Of a stretch of 64,000 bases of DNA, positions 54,042 through 63,622 are shown one piece after another. A program made the position numbers and the translations under genes. The notes under the pieces are model-generated. The model saw only the letters and a list, made by a program, of their open reading frames with translations, did no database searches and was not told the DNA's origin. Source of the DNA: Candidatus Iainarchaeum sp. GTDB taxonomy: Archaea > Iainarchaeota > Iainarchaeia > Iainarchaeales > JAZDDZ01. The stretch lies in contig JAZDDZ010000007.1 in assembly GCA_043809245.1 (NCBI GenBank), positions 14,434-78,433 on the forward strand. The letters run 5' to 3'. Numbering within the stretch: the stretch's first letter is position 1; each line of letters begins with the position of its first letter.

Positions 54042-54525
54042 CAGCAAAGGCCAGGCAATAGCAGTCGACCTAGTCATTGCCACAATAATTTTTGCAATAA
54101 TTGTTTTCACGCTTTTGGGCATCGGCGAGGAAAATGTCGGAGCAATAAATGAAAAAGTTGAACTGAACGAAATCCATTCAAGGGCTGAAGGCGCGTTAAT
54201 GCAGCTGGTTGAAGGAAATGGAAACCCGGAAAACTGGGAGGGAATTCCCGCTGCACAAGTGCAGGAAATCGGCTTGGCTGAAAAAAGGCTTGAAGTGGAT
54301 GAAAAAAAGCTGAACGCGTTAAAAAACTTCGGATATGACGGCGCAAGAACACTGCTTGAAATAAACCCCTATGATTTCTTTTTCGACGTAAACGCATTAA
54401 GCGGCGAATATGTTTTCGCCGGGCTTCCCCCTATTGCGGATGCGACAATTGTTTCAATCAAAAGGGCGGTAACTTACAAGGGAGGCGAGGCTGTTGCCAC
54501 AATTAAGGTCTACAGGGCAAAGTGA
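54028..54525 (+). CDS. Pilin-like protein (class III signal peptide)
   Basis: (M)KTFNSKGQAIAVDLVIATIIFAIIVFTLLG. TTG start is uncertain; 14-nt overlap with the upstream gene. Confidence 0.6.
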   Translation: MKTFNSKGQAIAVDLVIATIIFAIIVFTLLGIGEENVGAINEKVELNEIHSRAEGALMQLVEGNGNPENWEGIPAAQVQEIGLAEKRLEVDEKKLNALKNFGYDGARTLLEINPYDFFFDVNALSGEYVFAGLPPIADATIVSIKRAVTYKGGEAVATIKVYRAK

Positions 54526-57238
54526 AAAAGCATTTGCATTCTCGCTTGACGCGACAATAGCGGTAATCATCCTTGTAAGTGTGCTGGCGGTAATCGGCGC
54601 AAACGCAACCGAAAAAAATCTTTCAGCGGAAAGCTGGCAAAGGCAGGCAACAGCAGACACATTCAATGTGCTGGAAAAAAGCGGTTTCCTGCTTGAGGAA
54701 ATTGACGCGAACGGCGCGGCCTTGGCAGCGCAAAACATACAGCAGAGGGCACTGCTGCTTCTTCCGGAAAACCTTGACCTGAATGTTTGGATAAAAGTGT
54801 ATGATGCAAACATCGGGAGATGCAGGCAAAACCAGCAGTTCAGCGAATGCTTTTCAGGCACGCCAAGCGCAGCCGCAAGCGTGGGAAGCGCGCAGCCAAG
54901 CGGAAAAAACATAATCTCCGGAAAAAAAATTTTCCTCAGAAAACAGCCGCCAAGCGACTGCGAACTGAATTATGCGGGATTCGCGAAGAAAAACGAAAAG
55001 CCATGGAATGCAATCACTTCCCCTGAAGCAATCTTTTTCGATGAAGATATTGGGGCGCGCGTTGACTTCAACGTATTCGTGAGCACAGAAGATGCAATAG
55101 AGTGCGGAATGGATGTAACTGTTACACTGATGGCATCTGTTCCGGACAACATAAGGAATCCTGTTGACATAATGCTCATTCTTGACAGGAGCGGAAGCAT
55201 GGGCTGGCCGCTCACAAGCCTTGACACCTCAGGAACAGGCAATGCAGTATTCGTGGACAACAATTACGCTTACTTGGCGGATGGAAGCGGGGGCTTGAGA
55301 ATAATTGACGTGAACGAACCGCTTCAGCCAGCGCTTGCAGGAACATACAACACAAGCGGCACAGCCTACGGCGTGTTTGTGCAGGGAAATTACGCATATG
55401 TTGCGGATGGACGCGCGGGATTAAGGATAGTGGACATTTCAAGCAAGTCAGCGCCAACGCTTGTGGGAACATACAATTCATCGGGAACCGCAATGGACGT
55501 ATTTGTTTCAGGAAACCTTGCATATCTTGCGGACTACGACAGGGGGCTGATAATTGTTAATGTGACAAACAAAAGCAGCCCGGCTTCTGTTGGAAGCTAC
55601 AATACAGGGGGATACTCTTATGGAGTATTCGTGGACAACAATTACGCGTACGTTGCGGATGGAAGCGCGGGATTAAGGATTTTTGACGTCAACACACAGG
55701 CATCACCGCAAGCGCGCGGAACATACAACTCTTCAGGAAGCGCAAGGGGAGTAAGGGTTATAGGGGACACAGCGTACCTTGCGGATTACGACGGCGGGCT
55801 TAGGATAATTGACGTAACAAACAAAAGCAGCCTGTCATCAATCGGAAGCTACAACACAAGCGGAAGGACATATGGCGTGTTTGTTGAAAACCAGTACGCA
55901 TACATCGCAGATGGAAGCGCGGGCGCGAGAAAAATAGACATTTCAAACCCCTCAAACCCACAGCTTGTAAAGACAGTTGACACGGAAAACAGCCACAACG
56001 GAGTATTCATTGACCGGAATTACGCGTTCATGGCAGCGGGCAGCAGCGGCCTTGAAATAATTGACGCAAACACCTTTTACAACCGGCTAAACTATGCACA
56101 GGTTTCCGCGGATTCTTTTGTTGATTACAATGCATGGCAGTTCGCGGACCAGTTAGGCCTTGCATCATACTCAACAACCGCAACGCTTAACAGGCAGCTA
56201 ATGCATGCAAGCGACGAGAACAGGATTGTGATAAAGTCATCAATTGATGCGCTTGTTGCAAACGGCTCAACCGCGACAGGTGATGGAATAAATGTTGCAA
56301 ACAACGAGCTGACCTCAAGCAGGTCAAACCCTTACGCGAAAAAATTCGAGGTGCTGCTTTCGGACGGCGGCACAAATTACGGAATGTCATCGACGACTGC
56401 AGCACAGCAGGCGGCAGCGGATAACATAGTGATTTACACTATTGGATTCAGTTCCTCGGTTGATGAGGGTGAAATGCAGAACATCGCAAACATAACAGAC
56501 GGAAACTATTACTTTGCCGCGGATGCCAACACCTTGCAGCACATATACCGGCTGATTGCCCTGCAGATACAGGAAAGCGCAAACGATGCCAATGTATCGG
56601 TGCCAGTCATCAGCGGGGCAACAGTAGTGGACATGGGTGGAGCAACAATCGTTGACGGGAACATGCTTTTCAACGCGGGAAGCATCCTGCCGGGAAGGCC
56701 CTGGACAGGAAGCTATGTGCTGAATTTTCCCTGCGACCACATTGCAAACTGCGGAGTAGATGCATTGAGCTTTCCGGGCCCCGGGGCATTCTTCACCTAC
56801 ACAGACTCAAATGGAGTCCATGTGATTGACTTCAATGCCTCGCGAACAGTCTCATTCCTAAACAGGGATTTGACTGTAAACGCATACGGGGCAAGGCTAT
56901 TGGGGGAAAATTTGGTTGAATTGGACGTGAACGTTGCAAACATCGGCGACCTAAACTCAGGGGAAACAGATTTGAATTTTCATTTGGGCGCAATAGACGG
57001 CTTGCCGCTTGGAAAACAAACCGTGGGATTCCTGTGTGGAAAAAACGACGAGGGATGCACGCAGACAGTGCAGCTATTTTCGCCGGTAAGCATCTCACAA
57101 CAGGGCGTCATCTACATAACTGTGAATGACGGCAACGCAGTAAGCGAATGCCCAGGCAACAACACTGATGCCGTAAACTGCTATTCGGTTCCCGCAACGC
57201 AGATAATAGAGCTTGAGTACAGGGTGTGGGAAAAATGA
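54494..57238 (+). CDS. Large pilin-like adhesin candidate: class III-like N-terminus and a vWA domain split by seven LVIVD repeats (beta-propeller)
   Basis: N-terminus RSTGQSEKAFAFSLDATIAVIILVSVLAVIGA. MIDAS motif DIMLILDRSGSM (55166-). Seven repeats of ..YAY(L/V/I)ADG.(G/A)GLRI(I/V)D(V/I)....P......Y (~55225-56085). The vWA fold then resumes (IDALVANGSTATGDGI, FEVLLSDGGTNYG, VIYTIGFSS, GNYYFAADANTLQHIY; to ~56575). The C-terminal ~220 aa is beta-rich. TTG start is uncertain. Confidence 0.8.
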   Translation: MPQLRSTGQSEKAFAFSLDATIAVIILVSVLAVIGANATEKNLSAESWQRQATADTFNVLEKSGFLLEEIDANGAALAAQNIQQRALLLLPENLDLNVWIKVYDANIGRCRQNQQFSECFSGTPSAAASVGSAQPSGKNIISGKKIFLRKQPPSDCELNYAGFAKKNEKPWNAITSPEAIFFDEDIGARVDFNVFVSTEDAIECGMDVTVTLMASVPDNIRNPVDIMLILDRSGSMGWPLTSLDTSGTGNAVFVDNNYAYLADGSGGLRIIDVNEPLQPALAGTYNTSGTAYGVFVQGNYAYVADGRAGLRIVDISSKSAPTLVGTYNSSGTAMDVFVSGNLAYLADYDRGLIIVNVTNKSSPASVGSYNTGGYSYGVFVDNNYAYVADGSAGLRIFDVNTQASPQARGTYNSSGSARGVRVIGDTAYLADYDGGLRIIDVTNKSSLSSIGSYNTSGRTYGVFVENQYAYIADGSAGARKIDISNPSNPQLVKTVDTENSHNGVFIDRNYAFMAAGSSGLEIIDANTFYNRLNYAQVSADSFVDYNAWQFADQLGLASYSTTATLNRQLMHASDENRIVIKSSIDALVANGSTATGDGINVANNELTSSRSNPYAKKFEVLLSDGGTNYGMSSTTAAQQAAADNIVIYTIGFSSSVDEGEMQNIANITDGNYYFAADANTLQHIYRLIALQIQESANDANVSVPVISGATVVDMGGATIVDGNMLFNAGSILPGRPWTGSYVLNFPCDHIANCGVDALSFPGPGAFFTYTDSNGVHVIDFNASRTVSFLNRDLTVNAYGARLLGENLVELDVNVANIGDLNSGETDLNFHLGAIDGLPLGKQTVGFLCGKNDEGCTQTVQLFSPVSISQQGVIYITVNDGNAVSECPGNNTDAVNCYSVPATQIIELEYRVWEK

Positions 57239-58203
57239 ACCGCAGGGGAATAATTTTTTCTTTCACGGCAATGCTTTTGGCTCTCGCTGTGCTTGGCTTG
57301 AGCGGAATCGGCACTTCAATGGAGTCAATGAACGCGCAGAAAAACGCGCAGATGAATTCCGTGAAGCTTGTGAATGAAAAATTCATGGAAATAGGCTCTT
57401 CCGCGACAGCACTTGAAAGGGATGGAAAGGCAAAAGAAATACAGGAAAGGGCGCTTCCGTTTGATTACGAAGTTGACGGGAATGCATTGGTGCTTTCGCA
57501 CATGCTGCCGTTAAGCGAGGCGCGTGTGATTTCATTCTTTGACGCGGTGAACGTTTACCTGCTTTTTGTTTCGGATAAAAATTATGCAAACGCATTCAGC
57601 GGGTTAAGCGTTGACGTTAACAGCATAAGGAACAGCTTTTGGGGAGGCGCCGATTCAAATGCCTCCTTCATCGTGCAGCCTTTCTGCCTTGAGGTGAAAA
57701 TCTTTGACCTGAATTTTGAATTCGGAAAAAAGAATTGCGCTGCAAAAACTTTCAGCGCAGCAGCTGATGTGAAAAGGGCCGACCTGAATATTTTCATCGG
57801 CGCCGGCGAGGACTACAATTCCGTTTCATGCATTTCAAACGGCGCGGCCGTGTGCCCAACAGATTCATTTAACCCGCCGAGTTCGCTGCCCTACTTCTCG
57901 CTGAACATTGACGACACCAATTGCTCCGGCTGCCTGCCTGATGGAAGCGAAAGCATTTCCTGGCATTTTGACCCCGCGCTTGAGAACAGCATAACTGTTT
58001 CATGCATTGGCGGCACCTGCAGCTCAAAGCCGATTGAGCTTGTTTTTGGGGAGCTGTTAAGGGAAATGCATTCAGGGCAGGCAGTTGAAGTGCATTCAAG
58101 GATTGAGTTCAGGAAAAAACTGGAAGCGTTTGAATTCAATGACTTCAATTACAGTGTAAGCATTCGCGACTTCAACCTAATGATAAAAAACAGGGATGAA
58201 TGA
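57235..58203 (+). CDS. Hypothetical pilus-locus protein with an N-terminal hydrophobic (pilin-like) segment
   Basis: MNRRGIIFSFTAMLLALAVLGLSG. The ATG at 57235 overlaps the upstream TGA (ATGA). Confidence 0.45.
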   Translation: MNRRGIIFSFTAMLLALAVLGLSGIGTSMESMNAQKNAQMNSVKLVNEKFMEIGSSATALERDGKAKEIQERALPFDYEVDGNALVLSHMLPLSEARVISFFDAVNVYLLFVSDKNYANAFSGLSVDVNSIRNSFWGGADSNASFIVQPFCLEVKIFDLNFEFGKKNCAAKTFSAAADVKRADLNIFIGAGEDYNSVSCISNGAAVCPTDSFNPPSSLPYFSLNIDDTNCSGCLPDGSESISWHFDPALENSITVSCIGGTCSSKPIELVFGELLREMHSGQAVEVHSRIEFRKKLEAFEFNDFNYSVSIRDFNLMIKNRDE

Positions 58204-59371
58204 AATGGGCTGGAAAATTTTGGCGGTTGTTTTCCTGGTTGCATTGGTTGCACTTGCAGCGTTCATGATTTTGCCGCAGCAAGAGGAAAAAAAAGAAATT
58301 CAGGCAATGGCTGTTGACGTGCTGGGCGCGCCAGAAAGCGTGAGCGCGGGGGAAACTTTTTTGCTCAGTGCGTCTGCGAAAAACGAAAACGGAGTGAGTA
58401 AAATAATATTTGAAGCTGCGGGAAAGGAGAATGCGTTTGATTGCGCGGGAAAAACTGAATGCACTGTTGAGTCTGCAATTGCATTTGGGGAAATAGGCGT
58501 GCAACAGGTGAAAATCAGGGCAATCGGCATTGATGCAAGGGAAGCAGGGAAAAAAATAATCGTGCGGGTAATGCCAAGGGAAAAGCAGTGCAATGACGAA
58601 ACGCCTTTCGGGAAATGTTCGGGGAAAAAACCGCTTTACTGCGAGAATGGGGCGCTGATTGAGATGTGCGGAGAGTGCGGCTGCATAGAGGGAATGGAAT
58701 GTGGGCAGGGAGGGAATTGCTCTGCGAAAGCGATTGCGCTGAAAATTGAGGGCTTGAGCGCCGAGCCGGCAAAAACAAAGCCAATGAGAGCAGTTACGCT
58801 AAAACTGGAATTGGCGAATAAAACCACTATTACCGCCAAAAAAGGCGCTGAGTACAGGTTAAGGGTGGAAATTTTTGATGAAAAAGGCAACAATGTGTGG
58901 GAAAAGGAAAAAAACTTTGTGTTAAATGCTGATTTGGCTCCTAATTCTGGTTTAATCCAGGGTTTTGGGGGAGTTGTGCTTGGCAGGGGAATTTTTTCCG
59001 CGCGCGCGGAAATTTTTGACGGGAACACTTTGCTTGATTCAGCGGAAGCCGCAGGAATTGTTGAAGTGATTGACGAGGATTTAGCGCCTGCCGCGCCTAC
59101 AGGCCTTGGTGCGTTTCCGGTTGTCAATGGGTTAAGGGTTTACTGGAGTGCGAACACGGAAAGCGACCTCGCCGCTTACAGGCTGTATGGAAACGTTGAA
59201 GCAAACTCGGCATACATAAGCTATGCATTCTTGAAGGAAATCAAAGCGCCAGAGACTGGAGTTGAACTGCTTGATTTGAATGCGGGAAAGTATTATTTTG
59301 TGTTGACAGCTGTTGACGGGCTTGGAAATGAAAGCCCTTACAGCCAGATAGCAGCAGCAAATGTTAAATAA
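58196..59371 (+). CDS. Membrane-anchored surface protein: Ig-like region, Cys knot and C-terminal fibronectin type III-like domain
   Basis: MNEMGWKILAVVFLVALVALAAFMIL anchor. CNDETPFGKCSGKKPLYCENGALIEMCGECGCIEGMECGQGGNC (58589-58720). FN3-like APAAPTGLGAFPVVNGLRVYWSANTESDLAAYRLYG...YYFVLTAVDGLGNESP. Confidence 0.6.
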   Translation: MNEMGWKILAVVFLVALVALAAFMILPQQEEKKEIQAMAVDVLGAPESVSAGETFLLSASAKNENGVSKIIFEAAGKENAFDCAGKTECTVESAIAFGEIGVQQVKIRAIGIDAREAGKKIIVRVMPREKQCNDETPFGKCSGKKPLYCENGALIEMCGECGCIEGMECGQGGNCSAKAIALKIEGLSAEPAKTKPMRAVTLKLELANKTTITAKKGAEYRLRVEIFDEKGNNVWEKEKNFVLNADLAPNSGLIQGFGGVVLGRGIFSARAEIFDGNTLLDSAEAAGIVEVIDEDLAPAAPTGLGAFPVVNGLRVYWSANTESDLAAYRLYGNVEANSAYISYAFLKEIKAPETGVELLDLNAGKYYFVLTAVDGLGNESPYSQIAAANVK

Positions 59372-59419
59372 TGGAAATGCATATCATTTTAGGGGAGAAT
59401 TTTCAGGGGGTGGCTTTGA

Positions 59420-60112
59420 ATGAAGAGGCAGGGTTTTTTCAGGCGAATACTCGCAAAAATAAGGCGCGAGAAAAAAGAGGAGAAAAAAAAGGCAAAGCCA
59501 AAGGCACATGCCAAGGCACAGCATCCCTTGGTCAAGCACGGGAAAAAATTTAAAATAGATGAAAAAAAGCTAAGGCACCTGGAGAAAAAGGTAAGTGCGC
59601 TTGCAAAAAAACACAATGTGCCGGAAAAGGAAATTCAAGAGCATGTGAAAAAAATCGAGGCAAAGAAAGTGATACTTAAAGCGCACGAGCTTCCAAATCT
59701 TGAGGAACTGGAGAAAAGGGTTCTACTTGCAAGCGGGCTGCCTGCTGAAGCGCCTAAAGGGCTGAAAACCATTGGCGCTCCCGCGGCTTCAAAAGCCGAA
59801 GAGGTGAAAGCAATCGCGGTCGAGCTTAAAAAGCACAGGATTATTACGGACTTTGACAGGGTTCTTTCGGCAGTGCAGGGGGAAGGGAAGACAAGCGTTC
59901 GGGTGCTAAACCTGGAACTCGGAATAGAAAAGAAAACAATCGATGAATGCTGTGCAATACTCGAGGAAAGTGGGCTGATTGAAATGCGGTATCCTGCGAT
60001 TGGCTCTCCCATGATTGAGGCCGCGGGATTTGAGGCGAAAAGAAAAGAGGAACTCTCGAAGAAAAAAGAGGAAAAAAAAGCCGCAAAGAAAAAGGCCAAG
60101 GGGGGAAGATGA
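59420..60112 (+). CDS. Lys-rich protein with a possible C-terminal winged-helix domain, translationally coupled to the pilus ATPase
   Basis: K/E-rich N- and C-termini. The central TSVRVLNLELGIEKKTIDECCAILEESGLIEMRY looks wHTH-like. The stop overlaps the ATPase ATG (ATGA at 60109-60112). Confidence 0.45.
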   Translation: MKRQGFFRRILAKIRREKKEEKKKAKPKAHAKAQHPLVKHGKKFKIDEKKLRHLEKKVSALAKKHNVPEKEIQEHVKKIEAKKVILKAHELPNLEELEKRVLLASGLPAEAPKGLKTIGAPAASKAEEVKAIAVELKKHRIITDFDRVLSAVQGEGKTSVRVLNLELGIEKKTIDECCAILEESGLIEMRYPAIGSPMIEAAGFEAKRKEELSKKKEEKKAAKKKAKGGR

Positions 60113-61620
60113 TGGCTGACAGGCTCCTGAAGGAATACGACCTTATCATAGATGAAATGAAGGCGAACGTAAAGATTGTGGAAAAGGAAAACGAGTTTGT
60201 CAAAATATACTGGCTTGATTTGCCTGAATTCGGGGAGGGAACAGAGGCGCTGATGAAAAACATAAAGCAAAAACTGCTTGTGGACAGCTCCATCCGCACG
60301 GATAAAATGCTTGACCCGAAATTCATCGATGAGCTTAAGGGAAAATTCAGGGAAAAGGCAGTGAAAATAATACAAAGGGAATTGCCGGCAATCGATGAAA
60401 AATCAAAAATATCGCTGATTGCGGTTCTACTGAATGACATGCTTGGCCTTGGAAAAGTGGAATTCCTTTTGTCTGACGGGAATCTGGAAGAGATTGTCAT
60501 CAATTCCGCGAAGGAGCCCCTTTGGATTTACCACAAGGAATTCGGCTGGCTGAAAACAAACGTTACTGTGGAAAGCGAGGCCGAAACCCAGAACTATGCA
60601 AGCATCATTGCGAGAAGAGTCGGAAAACAAATAACCACGCTTAACCCTTTGCTTGACGCGCACCTCATAACAGGCGACAGGGCAAACGCAACGCTTTTCC
60701 CGATTTCGGGCGCGGGAAACACGATAACAATAAGGCGATTCAGGAGAGACCCCTGGACCGTTACTGACTTTATCAAGAACAACACTGTCAGCAGCGAAAT
60801 GATGGCGTTAATCTGGCTGTCAATGCAGTTTGAATTGAACATCATTTTATCAGGGGGCACGGCAAGCGGAAAAACTTCATTTCTCAACGTATGCCTTCCT
60901 TTCATCCAGCCAAACCACAGGATCATATCAATCGAGGACACCCGCGAGATTGCGCTCCCCGAATTCCTGCACTGGGTGCCAATGACTACAAGGGAGCCGA
61001 ATCCTGAGGGAAAAGGAGCAGTGCAAATGATTGACTTGTTAGTGAACTCTTTGAGAATGCGCCCTGACAGGATAATTGTGGGAGAGGTAAGGAGGCAGAG
61101 GGAAGCGGAAGTGATGTTTGAGGCAATGCACACAGGGCACTCTGTTTACACCACGGTTCACGCAAACACCTCTGAGGAAACAATAAGGAGATTGACAAAC
61201 CCGCCAATCGAGATTCCGGCGGTAATGCTTGAAGCGGTTCACTTGAATGTCGTGATGTTCAGAAACAGAAGGCTTGGGGTTAGGAGAGTGCTTGAGGTCG
61301 GGGAATTCGTTCCGGAAAAAGTCGGGGCGGAAAAGGAAAGGGTCAAGGCAAACATCCTTTACAGGTGGAAGCCGGGCATTGACAAAATAGAAAAGCATGC
61401 GGACAGCATTAGGCTTTTCGATGAATTGTCGCTGCACACAGGGCTGATTGCAAGCGAGCTAGGGGAAGAAATACTGAAAAAGCAGAGGATACTTGACTGG
61501 ATGGTTAAGAATGACCTCCGCTCTTTGAAAGATGTCGGAAGGGTCATGGCAACCTATTACATGCACCCGGAGGAAATAGAGGAAATGGTGCAAAAAAACA
61601 AGACCTGGAAGGGAAAATGA
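60109..61620 (+). CDS. Type II/IV secretion-family ATPase (FlaI/ArlI / archaeal pilus assembly ATPase type)
   Basis: Walker A ILSGGTASGKTSFLN, Asp/His boxes, and RPDRIIVGEVRRQREAEVMFEAMHTGHSVYTTVHA. Confidence 0.92.
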   Translation: MMADRLLKEYDLIIDEMKANVKIVEKENEFVKIYWLDLPEFGEGTEALMKNIKQKLLVDSSIRTDKMLDPKFIDELKGKFREKAVKIIQRELPAIDEKSKISLIAVLLNDMLGLGKVEFLLSDGNLEEIVINSAKEPLWIYHKEFGWLKTNVTVESEAETQNYASIIARRVGKQITTLNPLLDAHLITGDRANATLFPISGAGNTITIRRFRRDPWTVTDFIKNNTVSSEMMALIWLSMQFELNIILSGGTASGKTSFLNVCLPFIQPNHRIISIEDTREIALPEFLHWVPMTTREPNPEGKGAVQMIDLLVNSLRMRPDRIIVGEVRRQREAEVMFEAMHTGHSVYTTVHANTSEETIRRLTNPPIEIPAVMLEAVHLNVVMFRNRRLGVRRVLEVGEFVPEKVGAEKERVKANILYRWKPGIDKIEKHADSIRLFDELSLHTGLIASELGEEILKKQRILDWMVKNDLRSLKDVGRVMATYYMHPEEIEEMVQKNKTWKGK

Positions 61621-61646
61621 AAGGCTCCGGAAAAAAAGTGAAATGA

Positions 61647-62537
61647 ATGAACAGCACAATGATTCCATTCAACCCCTTTCCGCCAAACGTATTGATTGCA
61701 TTAAGCAAAAGGTTCAGGGGGATGGGGGCAAAAGTCGCAAGCGCGTTCCCTTACCTAAAGATTGAGCTGAAGCAGGCTGAAATAGATTTAAGGGCAGAGG
61801 AATACGGCGCGATAATTTTCGTGCTGTCCGCTTTCTACTTTGTAATGCCTGTGCTTATCTTTTACGTGCTTGCAACAAGGTTTTCGCCGGAAAATGCATT
61901 GCCCCTCTCGCTAACGATTGGCGCGATTTTCTCTTTTCTCGTTATCCTGCAGCTCAGCCTATACCCTAAAATGAAAATCAAGAAAAAATTAAGGAACCTG
62001 GAGCAAAACCTTGTGTTTGCGTTAAGGACAATTTTAGTGGAAATAAAGTCAGGGGTAAGCCTTTTTGACTCGGTTAACATGATTGCATTGGGAAATTATG
62101 GCGCGGTAAGCGAGGAATTCAAAAAAGCGGTTGACGCAATAAACACAGGCACAAATGAGGAAACCGCATTGGAGGACATGGCTGCAAGAAACCCCTCGCT
62201 TTTTTTCCGGAGAACCGTGTGGCAGCTAGTGAGCGGGTTAAGGGCTGGGGCTGATGTAAGCGTTGTCATAGGCGCGCTTGTGGACATGCTGATAAAAGAG
62301 CAGAAAAACCAGGTGGTACAGTATGGTTCGGACTTGAGAATGCTTTCGCTTGTTTACATGATGCTTGGAGTGATAATTCCCGCGCTGGGCCTAACATTCC
62401 TCATAATCCTCGCCTCTTTCCCGCAGATAAACGTGACTGAGATGCTTTTCTGGGGAATGCTTGGCGGCATAATAATCGCGCAATTCATGTACCTCGGCAT
62501 AATCAAGTCAAAAAGGCCGACTCTGTTGGGGAGCTGA
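61647..62537 (+). CDS. Pilus platform membrane protein 1 (single T2SSF domain; FlaJ/TadB/C-like)
   Basis: LVFALRTILVEIKSGVSLFDSVNMIAL..YGAVSEEFKKAVDAINTGTNEETALEDMAARNPS..FRRTVWQLVSGLRAGADV, flanked by TM helices. Confidence 0.8.
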   Translation: MNSTMIPFNPFPPNVLIALSKRFRGMGAKVASAFPYLKIELKQAEIDLRAEEYGAIIFVLSAFYFVMPVLIFYVLATRFSPENALPLSLTIGAIFSFLVILQLSLYPKMKIKKKLRNLEQNLVFALRTILVEIKSGVSLFDSVNMIALGNYGAVSEEFKKAVDAINTGTNEETALEDMAARNPSLFFRRTVWQLVSGLRAGADVSVVIGALVDMLIKEQKNQVVQYGSDLRMLSLVYMMLGVIIPALGLTFLIILASFPQINVTEMLFWGMLGGIIIAQFMYLGIIKSKRPTLLGS

Positions 62538-62543
62538 AAAAAA

Positions 62544-63539
62544 ATGTATTACCGCATTTCAGCGCTTGTGCCAAAAAAAGTTTTGGATGCGTTCAGAAAG
62601 GAACTGGACTACCTAAACATAGACATAAGCGAAAAAAAATTCGTTGGCTTCATTGTGAGCTACGGGTTTTTTTTAAGCATTGGAATCGCGCTTAACTTAT
62701 GGCTTTTCCTTGCAATGCCCGTTTACTCTTTCTTTTTGCTTTACGCGCTTTTCCTTGCGGGAAGCTATTTATGGCTGAGCATTACCTCTGAAAGCAAGGG
62801 AAAATTCGCGGAAAAAATTCTGCCGGACGCACTGCAGCTGATTGCCTCAAACGTTAAGTCAGGATTGACAACGGAAAAGGCATTGTTTGCCTCTGCAAGG
62901 CCTGAATTCGGGCCGCTTGAACTGGAGTTAAGGAGAGCCGGGCAGAAAATACTCGGCGGAGTTCCAGCGGAACAGGCATTGAACGATATCCCAAAGCGCA
63001 TCAAATCGCTCACGCTTGAAAGGACAATATGGCTTTTAAGCCAGGGAATCAACAGCGGCGGCCAGATGTCAGACTTGCTGATTCAGTTAAGCGACGACTT
63101 GAGGCAGCAGAATTCGTTGCAGCAGGAAATCAGCGCAAACGTTTCAATGTATGTCATGATGATTTTTTTTGCTGCGGCACTGATTGCGCCAATGCTTTTC
63201 GGCATAAGCAGCTTCATAGTGCAGATTTTCGCAAAGCAAATGCAGCTCATTCCATCAATTCCCGCTGACGCAGTTGCATCTGCGGGAAGCAAGTTCCAGA
63301 TAATAACGCAGTTTGTTACAACGCAGAGAAAGCCAATTGCCCCGGAATTCATTCAGGAATTCTCATTCTATTCGCTTGTAGTGACAGGGGTGTTTGCGGC
63401 GCTGACCATTGGAATAATCAACACTGGAAAAGAAAAAGGCGGAATGAAATTCATTCCCATCCTTTTGATTGTGATGATTGTGCTTTTCTTCCTGACAAGG
63501 TGGGCACTGACCTTGCTGTTCGGGGAAATGCTGCTGTAG
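62544..63539 (+). CDS. Pilus platform membrane protein 2 (single T2SSF domain; FlaJ/TadB/C-like)
   Basis: LPDALQLIASNVKSGLTTEKALFASARPEFGPLELELRRAGQKILGGVPAEQALNDIPKRIKS..LERTIWLLSQGINSGGQM, with TM helices on both sides. Starts 6 nt after gene 1 ends. Confidence 0.8.
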   Translation: MYYRISALVPKKVLDAFRKELDYLNIDISEKKFVGFIVSYGFFLSIGIALNLWLFLAMPVYSFFLLYALFLAGSYLWLSITSESKGKFAEKILPDALQLIASNVKSGLTTEKALFASARPEFGPLELELRRAGQKILGGVPAEQALNDIPKRIKSLTLERTIWLLSQGINSGGQMSDLLIQLSDDLRQQNSLQQEISANVSMYVMMIFFAAALIAPMLFGISSFIVQIFAKQMQLIPSIPADAVASAGSKFQIITQFVTTQRKPIAPEFIQEFSFYSLVVTGVFAALTIGIINTGKEKGGMKFIPILLIVMIVLFFLTRWALTLLFGEMLL

Positions 63540-63591
63540 CAAAAGGTAAACTGCTAACACCAGCCGATGTTGCCCAGCGTAACCTAGCCGC

Positions 63592-63617
63592 TGTCAAAAA
63601 AAGAAAAAAAGAAAGGG
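63592..63617 (-). terminator. Candidate oligo-T terminator for the convergent pilin gene
   Basis: The minus strand reads CCCTTTCTTTTTTTCTTTTTTTGAC immediately downstream of the stop at 63623-63625. Confidence 0.35.
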
Positions 63618-63622
63618 AAACA

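Noticed and set aside
59635-60503. 246-aa and 219-aa minus-strand ORFs across the Lys-rich gene and the start of the ATPase gene.
   Set aside because: These are antisense to purine-rich (AAG/GAA) coding sequence, which yields F/S/L-rich open frames by composition. The ATPase frame is unambiguous.
61647-63539. The two platform ORFs considered as a single FlaJ gene split by a frameshift (pseudogene).
   Set aside because: Each ORF has its own ATG and a complete T2SSF-like cytoplasmic domain flanked by TM helices. They are separated by a clean stop and a 6-nt spacer. Paired platform genes are normal in Epd/Tad systems. Sequencing error cannot be fully excluded.
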